A DNA stretch of 64,000 nucleotides from Flavobacteriales bacterium (GCA_040377305.1 JBEIPA010000008.1:139685-203684); one strand, 5' to 3'. Shown: positions 1-9,370, counted from the stretch's first letter. Notes: generated by a model from the letters alone, not told the origin. Translations and numbers: made by a program.

Positions 1-657
1 AAAGTTTTTGATGTGACCACGCTCACTGACAACGAACTTCTGCAGATGGCGAAAGATAATCCTCATGGTTTTTGCGGACAGTTTCGCAAGGATCAACTGA
101 ATCGTGCGATAATAGAAACACAATTCAAAAACAAATCGCGATTGAATGCATTTGTTGCCGGCGTGTTTGTCGCACTTGGCGCAGGAACTGCTTCTGCACA
201 ATCGGCTCCATCGCATACGGTCCAAACACAAGTGATCGATGAAAAGCATCCGACTGGTGCTGTTTGTGTTCGTGATACAACCAATGCTGGTTTGAGCGAT
301 GTACAACTCACCGTGATCGTTCATGCTGATAGTCTCACAGGTGCACTTTTACAAACAGCACAAGTTTCATTGGAGGGAACAGGCATTTTCGCTTATACAG
401 ATTCAACTGGCAAAGCAGTTCTCACCATTCCGGGTGCGCAGGTTACCGATTCAATGTCCATCCGTGTTGGATACATTGGTTACGCAGACGTATTAGTTGC
501 AGTGTCTCCATCTCAAACTCTTCCTGCAATGGAAGTTGCACTTGTAGAACACGAATGGATGATGCTCGGTGGTGCTGTTGCGTACGATTACGAATGGGTC
601 GAACCGAAAAAAGAAGAAGAAGAAAAGAAGAAATCAATTTTCCGCAAGAATAAATAA
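1..657 (+). CDS. Carboxypeptidase-regulatory-like domain protein with N-terminal Cys motif (5'-truncated by window edge)
   Basis: Frame is open from base 1 (KVFDVTTLTDNE..FCGQF). C-terminal 'AQVSLEGTGIFAYTDSTGKA..VGYIGY' fits CarboxypepD_reg-like. Paralogue of the next gene. Confidence 0.75.
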   Translation, partial: KVFDVTTLTDNELLQMAKDNPHGFCGQFRKDQLNRAIIETQFKNKSRLNAFVAGVFVALGAGTASAQSAPSHTVQTQVIDEKHPTGAVCVRDTTNAGLSDVQLTVIVHADSLTGALLQTAQVSLEGTGIFAYTDSTGKAVLTIPGAQVTDSMSIRVGYIGYADVLVAVSPSQTLPAMEVALVEHEWMMLGGAVAYDYEWVEPKKEEEEKKKSIFRKNK

Positions 658-663
658 CGCAGT

Positions 664-1413
664 ATGAGCCGCAAATCGATATCAATCCGCATTGAAAAAC
701 CTTGTACAGAAGACTGGGACAAGATGACGCCAACTGATCACGCCCGCCCGGATGGCTCGGTCGGACGGGGTAAGTTTTGCGCTGCTTGCGAGAAGAACGT
801 AACCGACTTCACCGGCATGACCGACAATGAAGTGTTGGAGTTTATCCAACATCACACGGGCAAAATGTGTGGACAGCTACGCGGAAGTCAGCTCAACAGA
901 TTGATTGTACAAACAAAATTGCAAGGGAAGAATTACAGACTCAATGCATTCTTCGCTACACTTCTCTTTGCAGGTGGCGCAGGCTCGTTGGCAGCACAGG
1001 ACACAATTCCTCCGGCACCACGGTACAATCCAACCGTGGTCATCAACGAAAAGCATCCGACTGGTCCGGTCTGCATCAATGTTCCTTCAAAGAAAGTGCA
1101 AACCGTACTGAAGGCGACAATCATGGATACGGTGATTGGAAAGCACGTTGATTATGCTGTTGTCACTTTGCGTGGAACCAATATTTCCGCCGAGACAGAT
1201 AACAAAGGGAGATTTGAAATGATCATTCCGGATTCACTTGCCGGAGATTCAATCGTATTGATGGTTCATGCTCCTGGCTATTTCCGCGAGTGGATAACCA
1301 TTCCTGCCGGGCAAATTGCAAAGACTTCTGTTATAGAAGCTGCGTTCAATGAAATGATCATGAAAGGCGATATGATCATTGAAGAGCGTCCACGGAAATG
1401 CGGAAATGATTAA
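664..1413 (+). CDS. Carboxypeptidase-regulatory-like domain protein with N-terminal PC..W..MT..GKFC..C..V.DFT motif
   Basis: N-terminal Cys-rich motif typical of this Bacteroidota family, an internal hydrophobic segment, then 'VTLRGTNISAETDNKGRF..APGY'. Confidence 0.8.
   Translation: MSRKSISIRIEKPCTEDWDKMTPTDHARPDGSVGRGKFCAACEKNVTDFTGMTDNEVLEFIQHHTGKMCGQLRGSQLNRLIVQTKLQGKNYRLNAFFATLLFAGGAGSLAAQDTIPPAPRYNPTVVINEKHPTGPVCINVPSKKVQTVLKATIMDTVIGKHVDYAVVTLRGTNISAETDNKGRFEMIIPDSLAGDSIVLMVHAPGYFREWITIPAGQIAKTSVIEAAFNEMIMKGDMIIEERPRKCGND
743..769. repeat. 27-bp imperfect palindrome inserted in frame in CDS 664-1413
   Basis: CCCGCCCGGATGGCTCGGTCGGACGGG; removing it gives GAT CAC GGT AAG (MTPTDHGKFC). 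Confidence 0.7.
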
Positions 1414-1567
1414 CCACATAGAATCATAGAAATTCTTTGTTTGCTAAGCGTGCCGAGCAAACTCGTCCGTCATAGTACACAAGAGTGAAATCGCTGGGCG
1501 ATTCCTCGTGTGAACTATGTAATTCTTGACCAACGCAAGAAAACAAAGGGCTATGTTACTATGTGGT
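1413..1567. mobile_element. Nested inverted-repeat (REPIN/MITE-like) element E1, halves X+Y
   Basis: Outer IR ACCACATAGAATCATAG / CTATGTTACTATGTGGT; inner IR CATAGTACACAAGAG / CTCGTGTGAACTATG; central hairpin. Homologous to 27175, 33268, 44049, 63720. Confidence 0.85.
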
Positions 1568-1572
1568 AAAAA

Positions 1573-2226
1573 CTAGTAGTAACGGCCACGCATATAGAAG
1601 CACACACCTGCCTGAATCACATGATTGTGCGTTTGCTGGGTATTGAATTCCGTGATATCATACGGCAAAACATTCCTGCGTAGAATAGGATTGATTGAGA
1701 ATGAATAACGCATGTCGAAATACATGTTGTTATTGATTCGTAAGTGCGCTCCAAACAATGCACTCAAATCATATTTATCGGACCACACTTCATTGAATGC
1801 AATCTGTTCGCCATTCTTAAACATGCGTGGTGAAATCAATCGTGCGTATGATAATCCCAGGTCAATACCAACCCGTTGTTCTCTCGCGCGCGATGAGAAC
1901 GCGAAACTCTCGAAACGATAGAACACAGGAATCTCAATATAATGTAAGCTGAGATTGAATTTGTTTGGATTGTCGTCTACCGGTTTGCGAAATGCGCCTT
2001 TGCGGATGTAATTAATTTCCATCTGCATATAGTTCTTGTACTTATCTCGACGAGTGATGATGAATCCAGCCGTTCCGGAAACTTTGTTAAAACCAGCGTT
2101 CGAAAAGTCGGGTAAGTGACTAACGAGTGCGCCACCGTGTAAACCGAAATCAAATTTTGGTTGTGCGCCAAGGAAAGTAATTCCTCCGAAGAAAAGCAGA
2201 AGAGATAGGGTGATTCGCAGCTTCAT
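1573..2226 (-). CDS. Outer-membrane beta-barrel protein (PorT/OMP_b-brl-like)
   Basis: Signal peptide, 'FGLHGG', 'EINYIRKG', 'LHYIEIPV', aromatic-rich C-terminal strand. Confidence 0.75.
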   Translation of the reverse strand: MKLRITLSLLLFFGGITFLGAQPKFDFGLHGGALVSHLPDFSNAGFNKVSGTAGFIITRRDKYKNYMQMEINYIRKGAFRKPVDDNPNKFNLSLHYIEIPVFYRFESFAFSSRAREQRVGIDLGLSYARLISPRMFKNGEQIAFNEVWSDKYDLSALFGAHLRINNNMYFDMRYSFSINPILRRNVLPYDITEFNTQQTHNHVIQAGVCFYMRGRYY

Positions 2227-2258
2227 GCGGGCAAAAATACAAGAAACATGCCTACCGC

Positions 2259-2415
2259 AATGTGCTAATATGGTAATGTGATAATTTGCTAAAAAGAGAC
2301 TATAAGAGGGCAGGTGGACTTCACAAGTGGTATATTCTTCTACATATTTATTGTGTTGGAGAACAACTCGTAACGGAATCAGCTAATCAGACATCAGAAA
2401 TCAACTAATCAGATT
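2259..2415. repeat. Degenerate 8-nt-period repeat pair
   Basis: AATGTGCT-AATATGGT-AATGTGAT-AATTTGCT, followed by AATCAGCT-AATCAGAC..AATCAACT-AATCAG. Confidence 0.5.
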
Positions 2416-2429
2416 GCGTATATTGTAGA

Positions 2430-3545
2430 GTGAGAACGCTGCTCATTTCTACATTCATTTTTCTTGCTTCGCATCTTCATGCACAGCAAGACTATTTCTA
2501 TGCGGAAAATCTCATAGAAAACGGTCAAAAAGCAGAAGCCATTCGGGTTCTGGATCATTTAATTGATTCCGGTGCTTACGTTGATCGACCACGATTTGCA
2601 ATGATGACACTGAATCTTGCCGGAAGTACTAAGCGAGCTTTAGGTGATACCGCTGGAGCCAGAAAATGCTTCGAATCGGTAATGCACTGTTATGATACTT
2701 TGAGCGGCCCACGCAAATCAGACAATTGGAACCGGAGAGAGTATTACAAGGGAGCTTTCTATCTTGCTGAAATGCATTTTCATGAATTAAAGCAATGGAG
2801 TACGTCAAATGCTATTCTTGCGAATATAGGTGAGCCGGGTGATTATTATTCAGCCACGGGTTCAGATGTTCTGCTTGCACAGGAACGCTACTGCAAGTTA
2901 CGGACTTCCATCTTTCAGAAACTGAATCAGCCCGACAGTGCGTTTCAGTACATCCGACAGATTCGCGATCGGGAAAATGTGCCCGTGCAACTCCTCGACA
3001 GTATTTTTGATGTTTCCACGAACTCTATCCGCCAGGTGCAATTCGTTTCCTACTCGGCGACAAGTCAAAACACAAATAATATTCCAGGCTGTCTCTATTT
3101 CGTGGCGTGGAATGACGAAACCAACAATCAACATTCCATTTGGTTTATTAATCCGGAGAGGGGTCAGATACAGATTCTCAATCATTCGGTTTTCAACAAT
3201 AACGATTCACAGAACTTTCCGGCCAACTGCTACGATATGTCTTTGTCTACCGATGAAAAATATCTGGCGGTAACATGCTATACCGAAGGAAGCAACTTCA
3301 TAGACATTTACAGTTTTCCGGAAATAATCAATGAGCAACGTTGTGTAGAGAAGCATTCTATACTTGCTTATCCGTCATCGGTTGAAATCAAAGGCTGGGA
3401 AAGTTCCATGCTCGTGGTTGAATGTGATCAGGATCTCACCCGACTCAATAAAAAGATGCATCCGAACTGGGATGTTTCAGAGAATCCCGATGTGAAACTT
3501 TTGTACTTATTTGATCCGGAGAGTGGAAAGTATTCGAAGAAATAA
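2430..3545 (+). CDS. Hypothetical exported protein, TPR-like N-terminal helices
   Basis: 371-aa ORF, signal peptide (LHA-Q), helical TPR-like pattern. Confidence 0.6.
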   Translation: MRTLLISTFIFLASHLHAQQDYFYAENLIENGQKAEAIRVLDHLIDSGAYVDRPRFAMMTLNLAGSTKRALGDTAGARKCFESVMHCYDTLSGPRKSDNWNRREYYKGAFYLAEMHFHELKQWSTSNAILANIGEPGDYYSATGSDVLLAQERYCKLRTSIFQKLNQPDSAFQYIRQIRDRENVPVQLLDSIFDVSTNSIRQVQFVSYSATSQNTNNIPGCLYFVAWNDETNNQHSIWFINPERGQIQILNHSVFNNNDSQNFPANCYDMSLSTDEKYLAVTCYTEGSNFIDIYSFPEIINEQRCVEKHSILAYPSSVEIKGWESSMLVVECDQDLTRLNKKMHPNWDVSENPDVKLLYLFDPESGKYSKK

Positions 3546-4661
3546 TTACTTCCACTGAATCGTAGTCGCAATCGTAAATGCCGCGCCATCGAAGTCGAGA
3601 CTCAACTGCTCTTCCCAAATCGGAACAATCGTTTCTACGAGCGCAAATCCACCTGACTGTTTGTGATAAACGTAATAGCGATACGTCGTTGTTGCATTTC
3701 CCTCCAATGAAACATAACGATAAGTAGCTGCAAATACTTCTACTCCGGGTTGCGATTCAATTTTTCGGAATGTGGTTCCTTCTCTTTCTTTGACATCGAG
3801 TGAATCCGAATAAATTTTGAAGTCATTTCTCGCGGCAATGCTGAAGCTGTCTTCGATCGCAAGGCGCGTGTAGTCGATGTTCACTACATACGGAAATCCT
3901 GCAGGCCATACGGTTTGATGCGTTTCCTTATACTCGTCAACACGCCATCCGAATGGTACGCAAAAGGAATAGCCGTAATCACACGTGTACATCAAGTTAG
4001 ATTGACCACAACCTTCGCTGATTACCAATGACGCCGGAACGTATGAAGTAGTTGTGTTCGATTGCTCAATGAACCAGAAGTAATCCATGAAGTAACTTCC
4101 TGCAAGATCAACGTGGATTCCAACTTCATCACTCAATGGAGCTACATACGGAACCGACAACACAAGTTGTTCGTTAATGGAGAAATCGTATTGATTCGTT
4201 TCCATGTTGCGTTCAACACGAATGCTGTTCAAACCGTCGCCACTGTAGGCGTAGTTGAATGAATTCGGAGAAACTACAGCGAGCTTTCCTTTCACTTTAT
4301 TCTCGAAGATGAAACTACCGTCGCCATACACAAGAAATGCCATGTATGTTGAGTCATTGTCCGCACGACCCCACACGAGTCCAACGCCTTTGTTAGCTCC
4401 TACTCCACTGTCGCGCTCGATGTTGGTTTCAATCCGGAAATGTTTTTCGAATCCGCCTTTAACAGCGAATGTGTGACGAAAATATCCATCGTTTTTTGAT
4501 TCGAGGTTGTAACGACCGTCTTTAACGTAAACAGTATTTGCGTCGGTTAGGGATTCGGGCCAGCCGTTATCGTTGTTATCGAAGCCGTCGAAGATGTTGC
4601 GTTGCGCGTTTAGCGACAGCGCACAGCAGATTGAGAGAAACAGCGAGTAGAATTTCAGCAC
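3546..4661 (-). CDS. Hypothetical exported protein (lectin/DUF1080-like beta domain plus C-terminal domain)
   Basis: Signal peptide (LNA-Q), 'DGFDNNDNGW..GLVWG..FSINEQLV' beta-sandwich pattern. GTG start follows TATCTTTG. Confidence 0.6.
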   Translation of the reverse strand: MLKFYSLFLSICCALSLNAQRNIFDGFDNNDNGWPESLTDANTVYVKDGRYNLESKNDGYFRHTFAVKGGFEKHFRIETNIERDSGVGANKGVGLVWGRADNDSTYMAFLVYGDGSFIFENKVKGKLAVVSPNSFNYAYSGDGLNSIRVERNMETNQYDFSINEQLVLSVPYVAPLSDEVGIHVDLAGSYFMDYFWFIEQSNTTTSYVPASLVISEGCGQSNLMYTCDYGYSFCVPFGWRVDEYKETHQTVWPAGFPYVVNIDYTRLAIEDSFSIAARNDFKIYSDSLDVKEREGTTFRKIESQPGVEVFAATYRYVSLEGNATTTYRYYVYHKQSGGFALVETIVPIWEEQLSLDFDGAAFTIATTIQWK

Positions 4662-4712
4662 GGTCAAAGATAAAGCAAATCCAATGCCTAGATTGAGATC
4701 TCCCGTGGCTTA

Positions 4713-4805
4713 ATGCAACGCGAATTTTGATGCCCAGGGCGTGTTAGTCCTCCTCTCGGATCATCGCGGTAGATAGAAAAACCGGTTATTGGATTTTATG
4801 AGATA
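4713..4805 (-). repeat. Left inverted end of the GxxExxY locus
   Basis: Reverse complement reads TATCTCATAAAATCC-N26-ATGATCCGAG-N7-CTAACA-N10-ATCAAAATTCGCGTTGCAT, matching the units at 5239, 5355 and 5514. Confidence 0.85.
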
Positions 4806-4818
4806 AACTTGGTTGGGC

Positions 4819-5217
4819 TCAAGATGCCTTACGATCATTTTCAAAAATCTTACGTTTGAAACTTGGTTCTTCACCAAAATTCAAGAGCATCCCCACTTCC
4901 ATTCTTGTCGCTCTCAAATAATTTAACAATTGGACCTCATTCTCTGGCGCTAATTTGGTTGCCGCTTTCAGTTCAACAATTACCTTTTCTTCAACAACCA
5001 TGTCAGCGAAATAAATTCCTATCTGCTGATCTCTGTAATAAACAGTAATTGGTTCTTGCGTTTTGAACTTAACTTTCATCTTCTGAAGCTCAATTGCCAT
5101 GGCTTTCTCGTAGTTCTTTTCAAGAAATCCATATCCCAATTCATTGTAAACGTTGTAATACGCACGCAGAATTTTTCCTGTAACATCGCTGTGTAACATA
5201 ACATCTGTATTTATCAT
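4819..5217 (-). CDS. GxxExxY protein (PD-(D/E)xK nuclease superfamily)
   Basis: 132 aa with LGYGFLEKNY (GxxExxY), 'ADMVVEEKVIVELKA' catalytic-type motif and 'QLLNYL..GMLLNFG'. Confidence 0.95.
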   Translation of the reverse strand: MINTDVMLHSDVTGKILRAYYNVYNELGYGFLEKNYEKAMAIELQKMKVKFKTQEPITVYYRDQQIGIYFADMVVEEKVIVELKAATKLAPENEVQLLNYLRATRMEVGMLLNFGEEPSFKRKIFENDRKAS

Positions 5218-5228
5218 TCATATAAAAC

Positions 5229-5607
5229 CTAACGAGCCTATCTCATAAAATCCCAAAATCTAAACGAACTATTCACCCTACTGATCCGAGATCACCGCTA
5301 ACACCAAACACACATCAAAATCCGCGTTCCATTCATCCTCAACTTTAACAAGCCTATCTCATAAAATCCAATATCCAGCCTTTCAAATTTACCGCACTGA
5401 TCCGAGCGATAACCTAACAATTAACGTATATCAAAATCCGCGTTCCATGTTCACCGCTAACACCAAACACACTTCAAAATCCGCGTTCCATTCATCCTCA
5501 ACTTTAACAAGCCTATCTCATAAAATCCAATATCCAGCCTTTCAAGTTTACCGCACTGATCCGAGCGATAACCTAACAATTAACTTATATCAAAATCCGC
5601 GTTCCAT
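5229..5607 (+). repeat. Right-end array of the GxxExxY locus: three full units plus one partial, including a 159-bp-period duplication
   Basis: Units at 5239-5332, 5355-5448 and 5514-5607; 5292-5448 is repeated at 5451-5607 with 3 substitutions. Confidence 0.9.
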
Positions 5608-5608
5608 T

Positions 5609-6685
5609 TCAAAACAGCGACAACTGCGCAGCCCCAGCCTTCGGATTAAAGTCCTGCGTATTCCAGGGCATGGGATCCTGATTCAACCCAAGACGACTTG
5701 CCGTTAGCTTAAACAGTTTCGCAATACTCTCCGCCATCTGTCCTTCACCAGTCATGCGAACTCCGTAACGCGTGTCGTTGACTTTTCCACCGTGAGCGCC
5801 TTCGATGTGATGCAGGATTTTTTCAGCACGATCAGGATACGATTTGCGTAACCAGTCGCGGAAGATATCGCCAACTTGTCCGTTGAGACGTACCATCGTG
5901 TAGCCAGCGCTCCGAGCTCCGTTGGCTGCTGCAGTTTCGAGTACTTCCGGAATCTCGTGTGAGTTCAATCCCGGAATAACCGGTCCGAATAAAATTCCGG
6001 TTCTGATACCTGCTTCGGAAAGAATGCGCAATGTCTCAAAACGATTCTTGTATGTAGAAGTTCTCGGCTCGAGTTTCTGACGAACATCTTCATCCATTCC
6101 GGTAATGCTGATCATCACATGCACGAGATTTTTCTTCGCCATGTCCGCAAGAATATCAATATCGCGACAGATGAGAGAATTCTTCGTGATCATTGCTGCA
6201 GGGTGACGAAACTTCAGCAAAACTTCCAGCATCTTCCGCGTGAGTTGAAGCTTTCGCTCAATGGGTTGATAGCAATCGGTGTTGCCGGAAAACATCATCG
6301 GCTCTGCTTTGTGACGAGGATTGCTGAGCTCTTTCTCGAGCAATTCAAATGCATTCATCTTCACAATCACCTTGCGTTCGAAATCGAGCCCAGCGCTATA
6401 TCCCCAGAACTCGTGTGAATTTCTCGCATAACAATACACACACCCGTGCTCACAACCCTGATAAGGATTCAACGACAAGTTCATCAGATCCGGGCTATCG
6501 ACTTTATTTATAATCGTCTTTGGAAACGTCTGCAGATACTCCGTCTTGTCATCGAGCAGCATGGGCTCATCAATTACCTCGATGTGCTCCATAACTCGTT
6601 GCTGCTTGAAGAAACGGTTGTTTGGATTTATCTGCGCACCGCGCCCGTGAAATGTTTGATTGTCGTAAATGTTGCTCGCGATCAT
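5609..6685 (-). CDS. PA0069/Rv2578c-family radical SAM protein (SplB-like)
   Basis: 'GRGAQINP.NRF', 'NPYQGCEHGCVYCYAR' CxxxCxxC, 'NTDCYQP.E', C-terminal QLSLF. Confidence 0.92.
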   Translation of the reverse strand: MIASNIYDNQTFHGRGAQINPNNRFFKQQRVMEHIEVIDEPMLLDDKTEYLQTFPKTIINKVDSPDLMNLSLNPYQGCEHGCVYCYARNSHEFWGYSAGLDFERKVIVKMNAFELLEKELSNPRHKAEPMMFSGNTDCYQPIERKLQLTRKMLEVLLKFRHPAAMITKNSLICRDIDILADMAKKNLVHVMISITGMDEDVRQKLEPRTSTYKNRFETLRILSEAGIRTGILFGPVIPGLNSHEIPEVLETAAANGARSAGYTMVRLNGQVGDIFRDWLRKSYPDRAEKILHHIEGAHGGKVNDTRYGVRMTGEGQMAESIAKLFKLTASRLGLNQDPMPWNTQDFNPKAGAAQLSLF

Positions 6686-6773
6686 GGCTTTCCCTCTTTT
6701 GATCAAAGCTAGAGAGGCAGGAAGCGGACGGCAAGGTATTTAACGCATAGCTAAATTTTTTAGCCAGGATGGC

Positions 6774-6923
6774 TAACGCTGCAAGGGTTACGCGCGCGCG
6801 TACGCGAACCCTGCAGGAGTTAAACGCTTGCGGGGTTCGAGATTCAGACACGCTCCAAGGGTTAAGCCCTTGAAGGGTTACACGTGCGCGCGAACCCTGC
6901 AGGAGTTAAACGCTTGCAGGGTT
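6774..6923. repeat. REP-like palindrome cluster (AACCCTGCAGGAGTTAAACGCTTGCRGGGTT x2 plus degenerate copies)
   Basis: 31-bp palindromic units at 6807-6837 and 6893-6923, each preceded by a CG-alternating tract. Confidence 0.8.
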
Positions 6924-6991
6924 AAAAAAAAGATGCCTTCGTTCTCTCAAACAAAGGCATCAGAAATAATAAACTGTATAATCAGTTCAGC

Positions 6992-8395
6992 TTACTCTTT
7001 CACCAGCTTCGCAGTACTCACCATCTCTTCTCCTTCTATCATCACAGAGTAAATTCCGCGAGCTAAGTCTGCAGCAGGAATTTCAAGGATAACAGGCCCA
7101 GCCGGAACACTTTCAGTTGCTGAAAGCACCAAGCGACCAGTTGCGTCGTACACACTCCACTTCACGTTTTGTGAATGTGTTGTGTTCATGTTCACGAAGA
7201 AATTCGAGTTGAATGGATTTGGATACGCTGTTAGGTCGACTGCCGGTGTTGCGAATTCAGATGCCCCAGTAATCGCGGCGGTAATGTCCAGTATGAACAA
7301 TCCGTTCTGCATATCAGAGCAGATGATCAAGCCTGAAGGAAGATCGGTGTAAGCGCCCCAACATCCGTGGTAAGCCTGCGTATAGTTTGGAAAATTGATC
7401 AGCGTATCCGTATCGAAATAGCCAGTGCGCACAATGTTCGAAGGATTACTGATGTTGAACACTTGCAGTCCATCTGTATAGTTCGCACCAATGAGAATGT
7501 CATTGCCCATGATATACGGATTGTGCGGTGTGTTGCCGGTGTTTGAACGGAAAGTTTGATTCACAGAAATGTTCCCCATGTTAGAAACATCAATTGATTT
7601 GATTCCACGACCTGCGGGAACTTCATCCATAAAGATGAGCGTGCTTCCGTCGGAGGTTAAGAAACTGCTGTGGTTGTAACCGCTCTCGGGGTACGAAGTC
7701 AGAATTCCGATCTGCTGGAACGTGGTTGAGAATCTGTAAATGAACAATCCGTCGTAACCACCTGACGCGTACACCGTGTCATTGCGCACAAACATATCGT
7801 GAACTGAACCCGGATTGTTGTAATCCTGACCAAGGTGACGAATCAACGTTGGCGTAGTTGGATCGGCAGAAAGATCGTACACAGCCATTGAATAGAAGAA
7901 CGCGTTGTTATCGCCGGTTACACTTCCGCACCAGAGGTTATCGCCATCAACATAAATTGTGTGACAACGTTCGAAGATGGAATTGTCGTTACGTACTATG
8001 TGAACTGAATCCGGCAGGTAACTCATATCTGCAATGATGAAAGAGTTTGGTGCAGCGTCATCTGATACGATGTAGCAATAGTTCTGATACGTTTTGACTT
8101 CGTGCCAGATCAGATCACCATGCGTCGCAGGAATGAAATCGCACAACACAGGTAACGCAGGATTTGTAATGTCGATAAAGAATGTTCCGTCAGATGCACC
8201 CATGATTGCGTACTCGCGATTGTTCACGGTGTCTGCCCAACCCCAGATACCCTGGTACTGGATGCCGTAAACCGGTTCCGGATCCTGTGTAGGATTGAAC
8301 CAATGTCCGATCATATTGACATTCTGTGAAGCATACGATTGTGCGTTCACTGCGAAAGGAAGCAGTGCTAATAGGAAAAAGTAGATTTTCTTCAT
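6992..8395 (-). CDS. Choice-of-anchor B family protein with T9SS C-terminal domain
   Basis: 'IWGWAD..REYAIMG..GT.F', 'HD', 'HNPY', 'GCWGAY..LPSG'; CTD 'AYPNPF..GIY...KLVKE'. Confidence 0.9.
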   Translation of the reverse strand: MKKIYFFLLALLPFAVNAQSYASQNVNMIGHWFNPTQDPEPVYGIQYQGIWGWADTVNNREYAIMGASDGTFFIDITNPALPVLCDFIPATHGDLIWHEVKTYQNYCYIVSDDAAPNSFIIADMSYLPDSVHIVRNDNSIFERCHTIYVDGDNLWCGSVTGDNNAFFYSMAVYDLSADPTTPTLIRHLGQDYNNPGSVHDMFVRNDTVYASGGYDGLFIYRFSTTFQQIGILTSYPESGYNHSSFLTSDGSTLIFMDEVPAGRGIKSIDVSNMGNISVNQTFRSNTGNTPHNPYIMGNDILIGANYTDGLQVFNISNPSNIVRTGYFDTDTLINFPNYTQAYHGCWGAYTDLPSGLIICSDMQNGLFILDITAAITGASEFATPAVDLTAYPNPFNSNFFVNMNTTHSQNVKWSVYDATGRLVLSATESVPAGPVILEIPAADLARGIYSVMIEGEEMVSTAKLVKE

Positions 8396-8429
8396 GATGA
8401 GATATTGAGAGGTCAAGATACGAAATCGC

Positions 8430-8524
8430 GGGAGAAGGAATTAGGGGATTAAGGGATTGGGGGATTTGGGACTACAAGTGGTATGAACCGCCCAAATCCC
8501 ACAATCCCCCAATTCCGCATCTCC
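8430..8524. repeat. 8-nt-period inverted doublet (GGGATTNN / NNAATCCC)
   Basis: GGAATTAG-GGGATTAA-GGGATTGG-GGGATTTGGG ... CCCAAATCCC-ACAATCCC-CCAATTCC. Confidence 0.8.
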
Positions 8525-8554
8525 TCAACGACTAATAACGAGGGAATGCTTTTG

Positions 8555-9370
8555 TTATAACTCCGCTACCATTTGGGCAATAATCTTCGTCATCTTCTTC
8601 TCTGCAATTGCCGCCACATGCTGCACTTCTTCGTGTGAAACCACAACAATTTTTCCGGGAACACCCAAATCTGTGATCACCGACATGGCAAAACAAGGTA
8701 GACCCATGTGACGCGCAACGATGACTTCAGGAACAGTACTCATTCCAACTGTATCAGCGCCGATATTGCGAACGTATTTGTATTCAGCCGGTGTCTCGAA
8801 TGTTGGACCGCTTAATCCAGCATAAATACCGTGCACAACATTAACTTGCAATGATGCTGCAACTTTCTCGCACAGTTTCACCAATGATTTGTCGTATGCA
8901 TCACTCATATCCGGAAAACGCGGACCGAATCGCTTATCGTTTGGACCAACGAGCGGATGTGCAGGAAATAAGTTGATGTGATCGGTAATGATCATGAGAT
9001 CACCGATTTCAAAATCAGGATTTACGCCACCGGATGCATTCGAAAGGAACAGGCGCTGTATACCGAGAACCTTCATCACACGAACCGGAAAAGTTACTTC
9101 CTGCATTCCATAGCCTTCGTAGTAATGAAAACGACCCTGCATAGCAACTACATTCTTTCCGCTGAGCTTGCCGAAAATCAGTTTTCCTGAATGACCTTCC
9201 ACGGTCGATACCGGAAAATCAGGAATGGTGTCGTACGGAATTACAAAATCAGCTTTGATTTCATTAACGAGTCCGCCTAAACCGGTGCCGAGAATAATTC
9301 CGGTTTCAGGAACGAATCCGTTGGTCTTCTCATTGAGAAACTTTACGGTTGATTGAATGCGATCGAACAT
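8555..9370 (-). CDS. punA: Purine-nucleoside phosphorylase
   Basis: 'GIILGTGLG', 'STVEGHSG', 'QGRFHYYEG', 'GPTFETPAE', 'VGMSTVPE'. Confidence 0.95.
   Translation of the reverse strand: MFDRIQSTVKFLNEKTNGFVPETGIILGTGLGGLVNEIKADFVIPYDTIPDFPVSTVEGHSGKLIFGKLSGKNVVAMQGRFHYYEGYGMQEVTFPVRVMKVLGIQRLFLSNASGGVNPDFEIGDLMIITDHINLFPAHPLVGPNDKRFGPRFPDMSDAYDKSLVKLCEKVAASLQVNVVHGIYAGLSGPTFETPAEYKYVRNIGADTVGMSTVPEVIVARHMGLPCFAMSVITDLGVPGKIVVVSHEEVQHVAAIAEKKMTKIIAQMVAEL

Noticed and set aside
5229-5607. CRISPR array
   Set aside because: Units are ~94-159 bp with duplicated 'spacers', there is no constant 25-45-bp repeat, and no cas genes are in the window.
5447-5707. 86-aa ORF over the repeat array (likewise 6828-7052, 22326-22646, 29776-30087, 61434-61616)
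   Set aside because: Translations of repeat elements or shadows of real genes, with no recognisable protein features.
5609-6685. Radical SAM gene as functional partner of GxxExxY (RiPP or defence system)
   Set aside because: It is a widespread stand-alone PA0069-family gene lying outside the inverted ends; no precursor peptide is seen. Adjacency alone is insufficient.
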